The position numbers and the translations under genes were made by a program. Below are positions 12,600 through 24,469 of a stretch of 64,000 bases of DNA, piece by piece (position 1 is the stretch's first letter; every line of letters begins with the position of its first letter). Under the pieces are notes generated by a model. It was given only the letters and a program-made list of their open reading frames with translations, was not told the DNA's origin and ran no database searches. The DNA comes from Macrostomum lignano (taxonomy: Eukaryota), in the NCBI GenBank assembly GCA_002269645.1, contig NIVC01001426.1:227094-291093 (forward strand), written 5' to 3'.

Positions 12600-14171
12600 T
12601 CACTGATACGAAGTGCTGTTCTGTACGCTGTGATCATCGAACGACATTCTGCTCGACTCATCCTGACCGTCGACACCTCCACTGCGGTGAAACTGACTCC
12701 GGTCATCACCCGTCGACACTCGTCTGTATCGAATCTGCGAGAAGAAAAAATTTATAAGGATATAAAATATGCGTAACAAGAAAGTCCTATTAAGCATGAA
12801 TACATAAAAGCAACACAATAAGTACTGTTCTCTTTGCTATTCAATTTGCGATTTTCAAAATAAATAGCTTAACTGAACACCTGTCTAACCTGGTAACCTA
12901 ACAAACTTTATTATATTTAATCTTAATACTAAAAGTGGTGCGTTGTTTGTCTGTATAATCAACTAAATTTGTAGAAAATCACTCACCTTTTTGCCATTTC
13001 CGAAGTCCCTCACAATTTCCTTCGAGTGTTTGTCATAAAACTCAAACAAGGCAGCAGGCTCCCGAATTATGGTCACACTTTCGTCTCCAATCTCATCAGC
13101 ACCAAGTCCTGGAGTAGGCACTGGAGCGGGCACAGGTTCAAACCGGGTATCGCCTTCCTTTGCATTCCTATACCAGTCAGCCAAGACTCTGGCTTCACCA
13201 TCGTCACTGTTGCATTTTACGTCAGAGTTCGAGCATCCCAACGTGACGGAGCCCGAATACTCCTGCACCTTTGCTCTTCTTATGGACAAAACATCGCCGA
13301 TGTTCCACCTGTCCACTTGAGCTGAGGACGAACCCCAAAACGTGCAGCTTACAGAGCCGAAGGTTCGGTCAACCAAAGTCACTTTGGCTACGTTAACCTT
13401 TTTCCCAGCACGCGTTCGGACTTCTTCAGACGGTTGCCTGGCGTCGATCACTCCAAGCACATCGACGATTCTGATAGTGAAAGGGAGCAAAGGGACTTTT
13501 TTTAACTATTTGCACACTAACTTAAGCATCACATTAGATTTCTATTTGTACACTAACAGGAGCATCATGAAGCTAATAACCCAGGCTTCGTACAGTGTTG
13601 CGATGATAAATATTTTCAAACACAAGACAAACTAACTGTCACCCAAAAACACGATTACATGTACTTTCACTCCGCGATATTTGAGCACTAATACATGACG
13701 AAAACTACTAAATCAATTAGTCACTCACCTGTCCAATCCAGTCTGTTGCAGTTGATTAATGCTAGTGTAATCAATTACTGGATCTCGAGCAACCGGCACT
13801 TCGTTGCTTCTATAGATGAAGCCCTTGGAATCCACGGAAACGGTCATCTCAAGTGGATTGTCCGTACACTTGTACTCTGGCTTGGCAGTCTTCACCATCC
13901 CGCCGGATATGCGAACGGCTTCAGCATCGTTGCATACTTCCCAGATAGCTTGCAAATCCTTACCGAAGACGCTGACTCGCATCTCAGATGAGTCGTCCAC
14001 CAAGATGAACGAAAACACTTGGCCCTGACCTTTGTTGTTATTATACGTGTGAACGTCTTTCAGGTTCGTCACAAGGCCAGTGACAGGCGTAGGCATTTGC
14101 CCAACTGTCAGACCGGCAATCCCATCCTTCTTCGACTTCTTTTTCAAAGGTGACTCTGAATAAGAGGCCAT
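12600..14171 (-). CDS. RPA70-like ssDNA-binding protein (two OB folds), 3 exons, about 353 aa
   Basis: Exons 14171-13729, 13470-12987, 12734-12600; GT-AG introns, phases 2 and 0, total 1062 nt. OB-fold-like segments FSFILVDDSSEMRVSVFG and IVDVLGVID...VTLVDRTFGSVSCTFWG resemble RPA70 DBD-A/B. No stops or frameshifts. Confidence 0.85.
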
Positions 14172-14699
14172 TTTGCACAAAATATTATTCAACAATTGAA
14201 AAAAGAACTGATAAAAAGTATCAATCAAACTTTTTCTAAGCAATGATAAGCTTTAACTGTAAGACAACAAAATTGGCTCAACAAATCACAAGCTATATAT
14301 ATGTAGAAATAAAAGTAGCCACGAAAAAAACACCACCTCCCCTCCAGCCCAGTACATTGTACTCAATTTTGCATTCATTTTTACTTTATTACACAATCTA
14401 ATTGGCTGGACACACAACCCAACCCAATCACTCCAGTGCCCAGCATTAAAGCACACACTGCACCCTCTGATGTACGCTAAGGTCTCCTCACTTTTCTCAC
14501 CTAATCCTTTTGTTTGTTTGCTATCTCGTTTTATGGTGACACAATTCTCACCGACTGACTCAGCAAGTGTAGGCAATACTTTAAGAGTTCGCGGCCGCGT
14601 GTACTTCACTGCACAAACAAAACTTGTATGGCGCGGCTGACTGGTTGAGCCATTTTCGCACCTTCTAAGCCGGGAAAGAAAAATAGGCGACCCTCCTCA

Positions 14700-14900
14700 A
14701 GTCAGGCTGCATGGCCACCAGTACGCTAGACAATTTTTAGGCCAATCGCCGCTCTAAAGCCCCGACCTGCACAACCGACCAATAGGAAGCCTCAGACTTG
14801 TACAGAAAACCACCGTAAGGCTCAGCGAAGCGACGACGCACAACCCATAACCCCTAATTTTATTCGCCCCTACACCTCAGTTTCAGTGCCTATATAGTCT
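14700..14900. promoter_or_regulatory. Candidate divergent promoter region
   Basis: Lies between divergent ATGs (14171 minus, 14995 plus). CCAAT at 14742 and 14779, TATATA at 14891, locally GC-richer. Confidence 0.45.
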
Positions 14901-14994
14901 GATATAGTCTGATTCATATATTTAGAGTCATATATTTCTATATTAGAGTCTCAACAAATCATATTTTCTCAATCAAATCATCAACAAATCAACA

Positions 14995-15460
14995 ATGCAT
15001 ATTACACAAATATTTGGTGGCGGCGGCGGCGGTAGGCGAGGCGGCGGTCAGCGCGGCGGCTGGCAGCGCGGCAGGGGCGGCCCACGCGGAAAGAGCAGTG
15101 AGTACCTTCCTAAGACACTGTAAATCTTGTGCTTTGAGTACATTCGAGTATAGTCTTAAATTTTATCTAATTGTAGCCTGTTACTGACTTTCATGCTACT
15201 CGTATTATTACTGATAAATTTTGCAAAAATTTCCCTTCTTTTAATTGCCAGTCGTTTGTTTCTTCTGTGGAGGCCGCCACCGCGTTGCCAGCTGCAACGC
15301 GATGAAGGCCGCCGCCCGCCTTCTGCAGCAGCAACAGCAGCAGCAACAGCAGCAGCAGCAGCCGCAGCAGCAGCCGCAGCAGCCGCAGCAACAGCAGCAG
15401 CCGCAGCAGCAGCAACAGCAGCCGCAGCAACAGCAGCCGCAGCCAATGAATGAATTGTAA
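14995..15460 (+). CDS. Predicted 103-aa RGG-rich / CCHC zinc-knuckle / polyQ-P protein, 2 exons
   Basis: Exon 1 14995-15097 (MHITQIFGGGGGGRRGGGQRGGWQRGRGGPRGKS), GTGAGT donor, 154-nt intron with pyrimidine tract and CAG acceptor, exon 2 15252-15460 (IVCFFCGGRHRVASCNAMKAAARLL-Q/P tract-PMNEL*). Phase 1 matches. AACAATG start context and AATAAA at 15468. Confidence 0.7.
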
Positions 15461-15544
15461 ATTCCAAAATAAACTATGACTTTTTTGACTTTTGATTAAA
15501 ATCCGCGATAGACTTATTTATTTTTTTGGACTTTTGAAACAATG

Positions 15545-17735
15545 GCGCACCAGTACAAAGTTTTGTGAACAGAATATTCTAATGCCATGAAATATTCAAA
15601 GTATAATTCATTCTCACCATAGCATGTCATGACAAAGAATGACCGTACATACACACTTACCATTTCATACTGGCTTACTTTGAAAGTAGAACAATACGAA
15701 TCTGCATGAATAATTTCGCCGAACTATTAAACATTTCTAAGTTTTACGATTATTATACACAGTACAAAAAACTGTTTTATCCATTTTTAACTGCTATAAC
15801 TAACAAAGAAGCAAACGGCGAATTAAATTTTAAACTATTAACAACCACAAATTGAAGTTTAAAAATTGAAACAAAAGTTAAACAAACACTTGTATTTATT
15901 CAAACGATATATGATCTGCTTCTGACTACTAACGCTGAGCAAGTTTAATATTTCGTACAGATATTGAAAAATGTAATAATTTATTACAAAAGGATAGACT
16001 GTCGCTTCAGCAGATGGTGCCATCGACAAGCAGCCAGTATAGCTTTAGCAGTACAAAAATGTACATGTATATGCCATCCTGACTACCTGCCGACTCGCGT
16101 CACTGCTCAATTGCATGCATTGGGTGTAAGCAAAGGTAGAGACATTCATTCTCAAACCAAAAATTAAGTCGCTCCGCTCTGCTTAAGGCTGCTACAGAGC
16201 TTGACTGCAAATGCTCCTTTTAGAGTCTGGAACCACAGGGTATATAGAGCAGCTCCTATACACCATTCACAAACTCTTTTAGCCCAGTTAAGATGCAGTC
16301 AACCTACTCTCAATGAGGGCTGCTTCATAAATTCCGATTATACATACATGTTTCACCTGCTTATACCTGTACTATTTCTGTTTACTGACTGTATTTTATG
16401 GTCTGTTCAGCGACTGTATTAGTGACTGCATTATTGTCTGTTTAGAGGCTGTATTGTCTGTTAAACGACTGTATTGTCTGTTTAGAGGCTGTATTGTCTG
16501 TTTAGAGGCTGTATTGTCTGTTAAACGACTGTATTGTCTGTTTAGAGGCTGTATTGTCTGTTAAACGACTGTATTGTCTGTTTAGAGACTGCATTGTCTG
16601 TTAAAGGCTGTATTGCCTGTTTAGACATTGTATTGTCTGTTAAACGACTGCATTGTCTGTTTAGAGGCTGTATTGTCTGTTAAACGACTGTATTGTCTGT
16701 TTAGAGGCTGTATTGTCTGTTAAACGACTGTATTGTCTGTTAAACGACTGTATTGTCTGTTAAACGACTGTATTGTCTGTTTAGAGACTGTATTGTCTGT
16801 TTAGAGGCTGTATTGTCTGTTTAGAGACTGTATTGTCTGTTTAGAGGCTGTATTGTCTGTTTAGAGACTGTATTGTCTGTTTAGAGGCTGTATTGTCTGT
16901 TTAGAGACTGTATTGTCTGTTTAGAGGCTGTATTGTCTGTTTAGAGACTGTATTGTCTGTTTAGAGACTGTATTGTCTGTTTAGAGGCTGTATTGTCTGT
17001 TTAGAGACTGTATTGTCTGTTTAGAGACTGTATTGTCTGTTTAGAGACTGTATTGTCTGTTTAGAGGCTGTATTGTCTGTTTAGAGACTGTATTGTCTGT
17101 TTAGAGACTGTATTGTCTGTTTAGAGGCTGTATTGTCTGTTTAGAGACTGTATTGTCTGTTAAGAGGCTGTATTGTCTGTTTAGAGACTGTATTGTCTGT
17201 TTAGAGACTGTATTGTCTGTTTAGAGACTGTATTGTCTGTTTAGAGGCTGTATTGTCTGTTTAGAGACTGTATTGTCTGTTTAGAGACTGTATTGTCTGT
17301 TTAGAGGCTGTATTGTCTGTTTAGAGACTGTATTGTCTGTTTAGAGACTGTATTGTCTGTTTAGAGGCTGTATTGTCTGTTTAGAGACTGTATTGTCTGT
17401 TTAGAGACTGTATTGTCTGTTTAGAGGCTGTATTGTCTGTTTAGAGACTGTATTGTCTGTTAAGAGGCTGTATTGTCTGTTTAGAGACTGTCTGCATAGT
17501 GACTGTATTATTGTCTGTTTATACCTGTACTACTATCTGTTTAGTGACTGCATGATCAGTGGCTGTAGTTTTGTCTGTTAAATGACTGTATATCATGTTC
17601 GTGTAAAACTGTTATAGATGAGTATAAGAAAGAACTTATGAAACATCCCTCGTAAATAGGATTTACTCAATGTACTCTCTCAGGGCTATCAGTTCATTGA
17701 GACTTCACGCGACTTTGATTTCATTCTCTACAGTC
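15545..17735. repeat. Internal duplicated block, copy 2 (downstream of RepHel), with an expanded 20-bp array at about 16435-17490
   Basis: Matches 11040-12560; the array is roughly twice as long or more. Confidence 0.9.
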
Positions 17736-17799
17736 AGACGCCAGACACTTCTCAAACACATCTCTTGGACTTGAACTCACGAATAGCGTCCGAAATTGC

Positions 17800-20700
17800 T
17801 TAGTCTCCAGTCAGCACCTCTGGGTACACCACGTTCCTCGTCTTAGTTCCAGAAGTACGGACACGGACATTAGCAGCGTTCCTCGCTCGCGACAGAGCCG
17901 TATACAGCTGGCCATGAGTGAAGCAACCGACAGCGAGGTCCACGCCAACTGTGTCCAGAGACTGTCCCTGCGACTTGTGGATCGTCAGGCAGAAGCTCGG
18001 CTTCACAGGGAACTGCAGCCGCTTGAAACTGACGGGGAGGTCCGCATTGCTTGGAATCAGCGGGATTCGCGGCAGAAGAATCTCGTCTCCCGTGAACTGG
18101 CCGGCGGCAATCTTGCATCTAAGCACGTTCTCGCCCATCGCGAGTATGATGAGCCGCGTACCATTGCACAATCGTGGCGGGTTGATGTTCCTGAGAAGAA
18201 CTACTGGCATACCCTCCTTTAGCCTCAGCAAGTGAATCGGAAAGTTCGGGGCATCCAGCTGGTTGAGCAACTCAGGCGGGAAGTGCGTAGCGGCATCCTC
18301 ATCGGCCACAGTGTCTATCGAGCGGTACTCCCGCAGGCTTCCGGGGAACATGCCCAGACACGTCTCATTGATGGCATCCACTGAGTCATTGTAAGGCGCC
18401 AGGATCGCTCGGCTTGCAAAGTAGCTGTCTCTCTCCACTGGTTCTTCAAACGATGGGTACACAAAATTGATTAGATCAGTGAGAGGCCCTTCCGCAGAAA
18501 TCACGATCTCGGCTGGCAGAGACACTTTCTCCTCCGCATCCTGCTTCATTGTTCCGGATCCGATCTGTGGAGGGTTAAAATGTCGAATATTTCATAACCT
18601 ATACACACTTTTAAGCATAGACATTCCTAAATGACGCAAACTTAAAAAAATTGAGCTCAAAAACAAATCCGCGTCTAGTGTATCATTGTCAATCATTTAA
18701 TAAACTGATGAAATCAGACTTACCTGCTTGAGTAGCTCGGTGTACATCTGATACGCTACAGAATCGGAACTGCTCAGCATCCGGATGTTTCTCGTCAGGC
18801 GATGCCGTTGGAAGTATTTCCACAGTGAGGATCGGCTAACACACGCCATGACACTGTTAGCACGAGTCCCATGCACCACAACGGGTAGGAGCTGCCGGAA
18901 GTCACCAGCGCACACAAACACCAGTCCGCCAAATGGCGAGTCCTGCTTCCGCACATCTCGCAAGCACCGGTCGACCGCCTCCAAATCCTTCCGGTTTGTC
19001 ATAGAAATCTCGTCCCACACAATTAGACGCGCTGTGCGAAATACAGCAGCTTGTTTGGACTGCACTCCAACAGCGCACACGTCCTTGTTTGAGCGTAATA
19101 CCCGAATTGGTATCTTGAACCTGACATGGAAAAATTTGGGTATCATACAGCAGAGGAAGTATTCACATATTTACTTGTTTAATTATTCGTAAGTTACTAA
19201 TAATTTACAAATTAAATATAAACAACTCACGTGGAATGCGCAGTTTGTCCACCTGGCAACAGAGTCGCTGCGATTCCTGAAGCCGCAACGGCGAGAGCGA
19301 CTTCACCCCGGCTGCGCACGAAGGCCAGCAAAACCTCCAGCAGGAAAGTCTTGCCAGTACCAGCGGGCGCGTCCAGGAAGTGCAAGCCGCCGTTGCCGCT
19401 CACAAGATCCTGAGTCACTGACTTGTACACGTCTTTCTGCTCGTCTGTCAGCATTGGTAAGCGTGCCTCAGTAATCTGCGCTTGCTCAATCGTATCGAAC
19501 TGCATCGGTCCATCTTGAGGCATCACGGAGGCCGCAGGCAAGCCGTACTCTGGCAGGCTTCTCCCACCCATGGAGGTCAGCATGCTCTGCAGCTCGCGGA
19601 GCGCTAGGTCAGTAATCTCCTCGGCACTTAAATCTCGATGGTGGAACCGCAGGTCCTCGCACATATCTTCGGCAAAAGAGCACCAAAGGTCGTTGCCATC
19701 CTCAGGCTCGCCCCATATGAGAATGACAGCCAGAATGTGTCTCAGGGCTCTTGGCATTCTTGACTGAACGGCCTCAGCTAGGCACCGCCGCCAGTGGTCA
19801 TCTCGCTGCAGCAGACCAAGTGCCATGCAAGCAGCCTTGGCGCTCGGATGCACAACGCCGTCCACGGTCTGCAGCGCCTCGAAGCTGGTTGGTCCCTTGA
19901 CTCGCAAAAGAAGCATGCGAACATAAAATAAATCACCAGTTCTTGGGCTCACCGTGTACATGCGTGCAACGTTTGTGTTCCGCACTACACCCGGGTGGCC
20001 ATCGACTTTCGCGCCTCGCTTGGCCCGCCGCCACACTCTTTCACTGGCATGCCACACGAAGTAGGACGGCACCTCCGTGTAGAGCAAGGACCGAGCAAAC
20101 TCGTCAGTACGGCACAGCTTGAAAAATGCTGTCAACGTAGAGTCCCTCGGCGTCCTGGCTCTAGCACTTGCGGTCTGCTCGTTGAAATACACGAGCTGCT
20201 CCTCCGACTTGTGAACGCAGAGCCGGATGACCGCCGGAAATCTGTCATGCACCTGATCAGAAGGTGGGAGAGAAATAATCGCTTTTAAGTTTTTTCTGAA
20301 TACAAAAAGCCACAGTTTTGCAATATTTACTCTTAAAATTTAAAATATTTATTACTTCAAAGCCCAAAATTGTATTCACAGCTTCCATTGGGCCAATGTA
20401 GCGCGCAGACAGATACTCCTTGATTTCATCACGCGGCCTCTCTCCATCGTTTGCCGCTACCGTTTGCGTCGGCTGCTGACTACCCGCACTCTGTTCTGTC
20501 GCTTCAGCAGAATTCTGATTGGCATTGACTTTGAACGTTGCCATGTCGCCGCCCTTCAGCAAGTACTTGATCACGTACTTGACCGACTTTACAGTGGCAC
20601 AAACTTCAACGTTCATGTGGCACGCAAACTGGAGCAACAGTTCAGGGCTATAAGGCACAACCCACCTGTGGTTTAAGGAAAAAAACATTGTCAAACGTTT

Positions 20701-23700
20701 CCAACATAAAATACAAGAGGCACCTAATACTCATGACTCGCCTGTTGTCCATGCGAATGCTGCGGCCTTTGAACAGTTTGTCCACTGTAAATCCACCCAT
20801 CTCAGGCGACAGTCTGCGGTACAGTGGGTAGCCAGTATCGCTGGTCAGCGTCACCTGCTGGAACTCCTTCGGAAAGCCCTTGCTGCATTCGCCATTCTCC
20901 ATGCACGGGCACGCTGGATTGTCCTTGCCACAAGGGCCATGGATCATGTGCGTTTTCACCAGCTCATACAGCACAGGCTGCTGCTGTGGGTCCGGAATCT
21001 CGGCAGACACGATGTCATCGTATCGGTCCGGAGTCACCCGCTGGCCACTCGCTAGCCACAGCAGAAAGTGCACATGGGGGAGACCTAAATTATCAAGAAA
21101 AGTATCAAGACATCTTTCAGTCCAATTATCCGATCTGTATCGAATTTGCATCACACAAACCCACCTGTATTTAGTATCTTTATAACGATATAACTATATA
21201 AATTTCATAAAACATAATACTGAGACTTGTACTCACCACGCTTTTGGTACTCTAGCGAGCAGACGTGCGCAGCCTCTTTCCCATAGCGCTTCGTTAGCTG
21301 GGCCAGCAGAGCTTTCTTCTTCATTTCAAAGACTCGGCTAACAATGTCCGGTCGGTGTTCAGCCCGCTGTCCAGGCAGCAGCTGGGCGCTGATCTCCGGC
21401 CAATTCGGATTGCATGTTGCCGTGACAAACAGGTCCGGCTTACCAAACTTGTGAACATAGGTCATAGCGTCCTGCAGCCTCTCCATCAGGTACCTTGGCC
21501 CGCCAACGAAGCTTGAGGACAGAAGCACATGTGCGGGCTTGCCTATGTCACTCGGATCTCTGTCCGTAGATCTGCCATCAGCTGCAAACAGAGCGTCCCG
21601 CAGACCGCTGTACGTCTCGCTGCGCAGGTCCTGCTGATGGGTCCGCAAATACAGCAGCCTCTCTGCCTCAATCTTTGCACACATGTCCACCAGGTACTGC
21701 TGAAACAACCTTCGGCCATAGTGCAGCACACTGAACTGGCCCGCTCGCACCATGATTTCGCTTGCATAGTATTTCATGGGGTCAGTTTCTTGTCATTACT
21801 CATCCGCAACTCCGGGTGCCAGCCATCTTCGCCATTCGGGAACAGCAGCACATACTCCAGCGGGTCATATGAGCGGTGCGTCTCACTGATTCGCTGAGAA
21901 CCGCCCCCACGCAGTTGAATCACGACGTCCCGACTGGCCGGTGCGTCCTCATTGTCCTCAACGATCAGGATACCGACCTCATTTGCCGTAGGCAAGTTGT
22001 AGCGCCTGATTTTAAACGGAGTTTGTGGGACACAAATTCTGTACAAATTGAATCACGTACTTATTACGCATTTTTGCGAGTTCGAGTTACAATCAAAATT
22101 CATAATCTCATTTTGATTTCGCTTTCGTTTACATTTTTAAATTTCGTTATAACAAACACGCTAACTTACCGAATGTGTTCCCCAGATGGTCGACGGTCAG
22201 GGTGAATCACAATTCGCGCATCTCCCAGCTCTGGGTCTTGGCTAATTCGCTCAGCAGCAGCCTTCAGGCTGCGGACATAGCCGTTGCACTCGTGAAGCAG
22301 CGTCTGCAGCAGCTCCAGTAGTTCCGGCTTCACCTTTTGGCTGAGACTCTGGCGGCTTTCGAGTTCGCGATCATTGAAATACACCTGCCATCCCTGAGCT
22401 TCAGCAGAATCCTCTGCAAACAGCGGCGCCGTGCGGTGATGCATCTGGCCGCTGATGATGAAGCTAGGACACCAGCCTGGCACCAACCGCAGTTTGGCAC
22501 CCAGCGAGGTCAGGTGCAGCGCCGAGTTTTAGCTCCTGATGTTGGCCAGGAACGTGGCACTCAATCTGTGCCGCCCCATGTACAGATCCGCCAGCACTTG
22601 AGGCACGGTGCGGCTGGGCAGCTTTACCTTGCCTTTGGCGCAGCAGAAATTCCTCGTCTCTGCGCGCCAGAGTAGAGCACCGCATTCCTGGCATGCCCTG
22701 TCCATTGGGCCGCACTCATGGGCCGTGGCCTCTGGCCTCGGCATTCTGTCAGGCCTGTGATCGAATTATATGCGTGCATAAATGGTAACTATAATATATA
22801 CTGCCAATATTTGTGAAATATAAAATGTAATATGTAGTTCAGAATAAAAAATTACTGTGACCAGTAGCACAAATAAGCCTACCTATTTTGAGCAGATCCT
22901 GCATCAGAATGACCTGCACCTGCACCTGAACCAGAAAGATCTGCCCTCTGCTCCGTTAAACTCGGCGCCTCTGCATCTGCAACGGGCTCGGAAACTGGCA
23001 GTGGATCAGTCACGCGCAACGACTCATAGTGCTCATGACGTAAAAGGATACGCACAATTGCAGTGGGTGGCTGCACAGTGGACATGCAGTGCTGCAATAC
23101 ACTGCCATTTGCCTGATAAATAACCAGGTCAACATTGAAAAAACGGCTTAAAAGTGGCACGACTTCATCAGGAACATAGGTGCCCTCAGAAAAAGACTCA
23201 TTAATAATGGAATCAGCATTTTCCGGCAAAACAAAACCTTCTTCAATCAATTCTGGCATTACTTGTACTGCACGGCATGTCAGTTCATGCCTTAAAGACG
23301 CTGCATTGGTCTCAAGTGGAGTGCCCTGCAACTGGTCACAGACTGCATGAAAAAAGCAATTTCCATCACCTGGGATCCGAACAACAGTTAGCGTATTAAA
23401 TTGGACCACAGCTGGTGTGGCCAACTCACTACTGTCAAACCTGAAAGATTGAAATTATGTTTAAGACGTTAGACTCCGAAAAAACTTATTATCACATACT
23501 CTAATAATCCAAATATACTAAATCTTAAGAGACTAATTCTCACAAATACAGATTCTGAGCAAAACATTCCTGCAAATACAGTTTCTTAGAAATAAAGATT
23601 CTTAGAAAAACATTTCTATAAATACAGATTCTTAGAAACATACAGATTACAAACAAACAAACATACAGAAATTACAGATTTTGGTGGTTACATACTGATT

Positions 23701-24077
23701 AACATTCACCGGACACAATTAAAATGATCGTCTTACCTGTTAACCGACACTCCTCGACGGCGAATTAGTTCGGCTTCCACTCGAGCTCGTTGCTGAGCGT
23801 CGGTTTCCATTGCCCTACGCTCAGCTCTCTGCTGCCGATCTGCAGCCAGCCGCTCTTCTCGCTGAGCATCAGTCTCCCTGGCCATTCGCTCAGCCTGTTG
23901 CTGCCGAAGTCCAGCCAGCCGCTCTTCTCGCTGAGCATCAGTCTCCCTGGCCATTCGCTCAGCCTGTTGCTGCCGAAGTCCAGCCAGCCGCTCTTCTCGT
24001 TGAACTCGTTGTTCTTGCTGACGCTTCTTCTTAGCATCTCTGCTTTTTTTCAAGGCACTGGTGCCACGTCGAGCCAT
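17800..24077 (-). pseudogene. Helitron RepHel (coiled-coil repeats + OTU-like protease + Zn finger + HUH Rep + Pif1 helicase), 9 exons, about 1696 aa if repaired
   Basis: Exons 24077-23737, 23440-22883, 22754-22170, 22005-21237, 21084-20742, 20665-20356, 20252-19231, 19120-18724, 18564-17800. Motifs: GDGNCFF...HYESL (OTU), CQEC...CC (Zn), PDLFVTATCNP, EYQKRGLPHVH, YVIKY (HUH motifs 1-3), DAPAGTGKT, WDEISM, GDFRQLLPV, TIHKSQGQSL, GQLYTALSR. Lesions: TAA at 22531-22529 and a 1-nt deletion in the G-run at 21778-21781. Confidence 0.93.
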
Positions 24078-24469
24078 TTTAGAATTTAGAAATATGTATA
24101 ATATTTAGTATAGGTAGGTAGAAAATGAAAGTAAGGTAGGTTGTGTGAGTGAGAGTAGAGAATGGTAAGAAAGAGAAAACTATCGTACCACACGTTTTAA
24201 ACTCGTTGAACCACCCACCCCAAAAAGCTGGACACCCTTGTACACCGTTCAAATGTACACAAAGCCCAAATTTTCTCTCTCCAGCACCCAGACTTTAAAA
24301 TGAAACTGATAACTGATAAGTAGCTTTTCAATTCTTAACCAATGCAATGTACATTTGTGCCCTGCTCTTCTGAGTGAGTTTTTGCCATGTCGATTTATTT
24401 CTCAAACACAATCGATCACACGGTATCAGCCTCCAATAGAGTTAAAAATATGGTTGAGCAACATTACGC

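Noticed and set aside
15156-15467. Minus-strand polyAla and polyLeu ORFs
   Set aside because: Antisense readings of the CAG tract; only the plus frame has splice signals, a knuckle and a polyA signal.
11702-16422. Identical 73-aa ORF present twice (11702-11923, 16201-16422)
   Set aside because: TTG start, no motif; identity is explained by the block duplication.
17870-23123. Many short ORFs antisense or off-frame to RepHel (likewise inside BEL pol)
   Set aside because: Shadow ORFs of GC-rich coding sequence.
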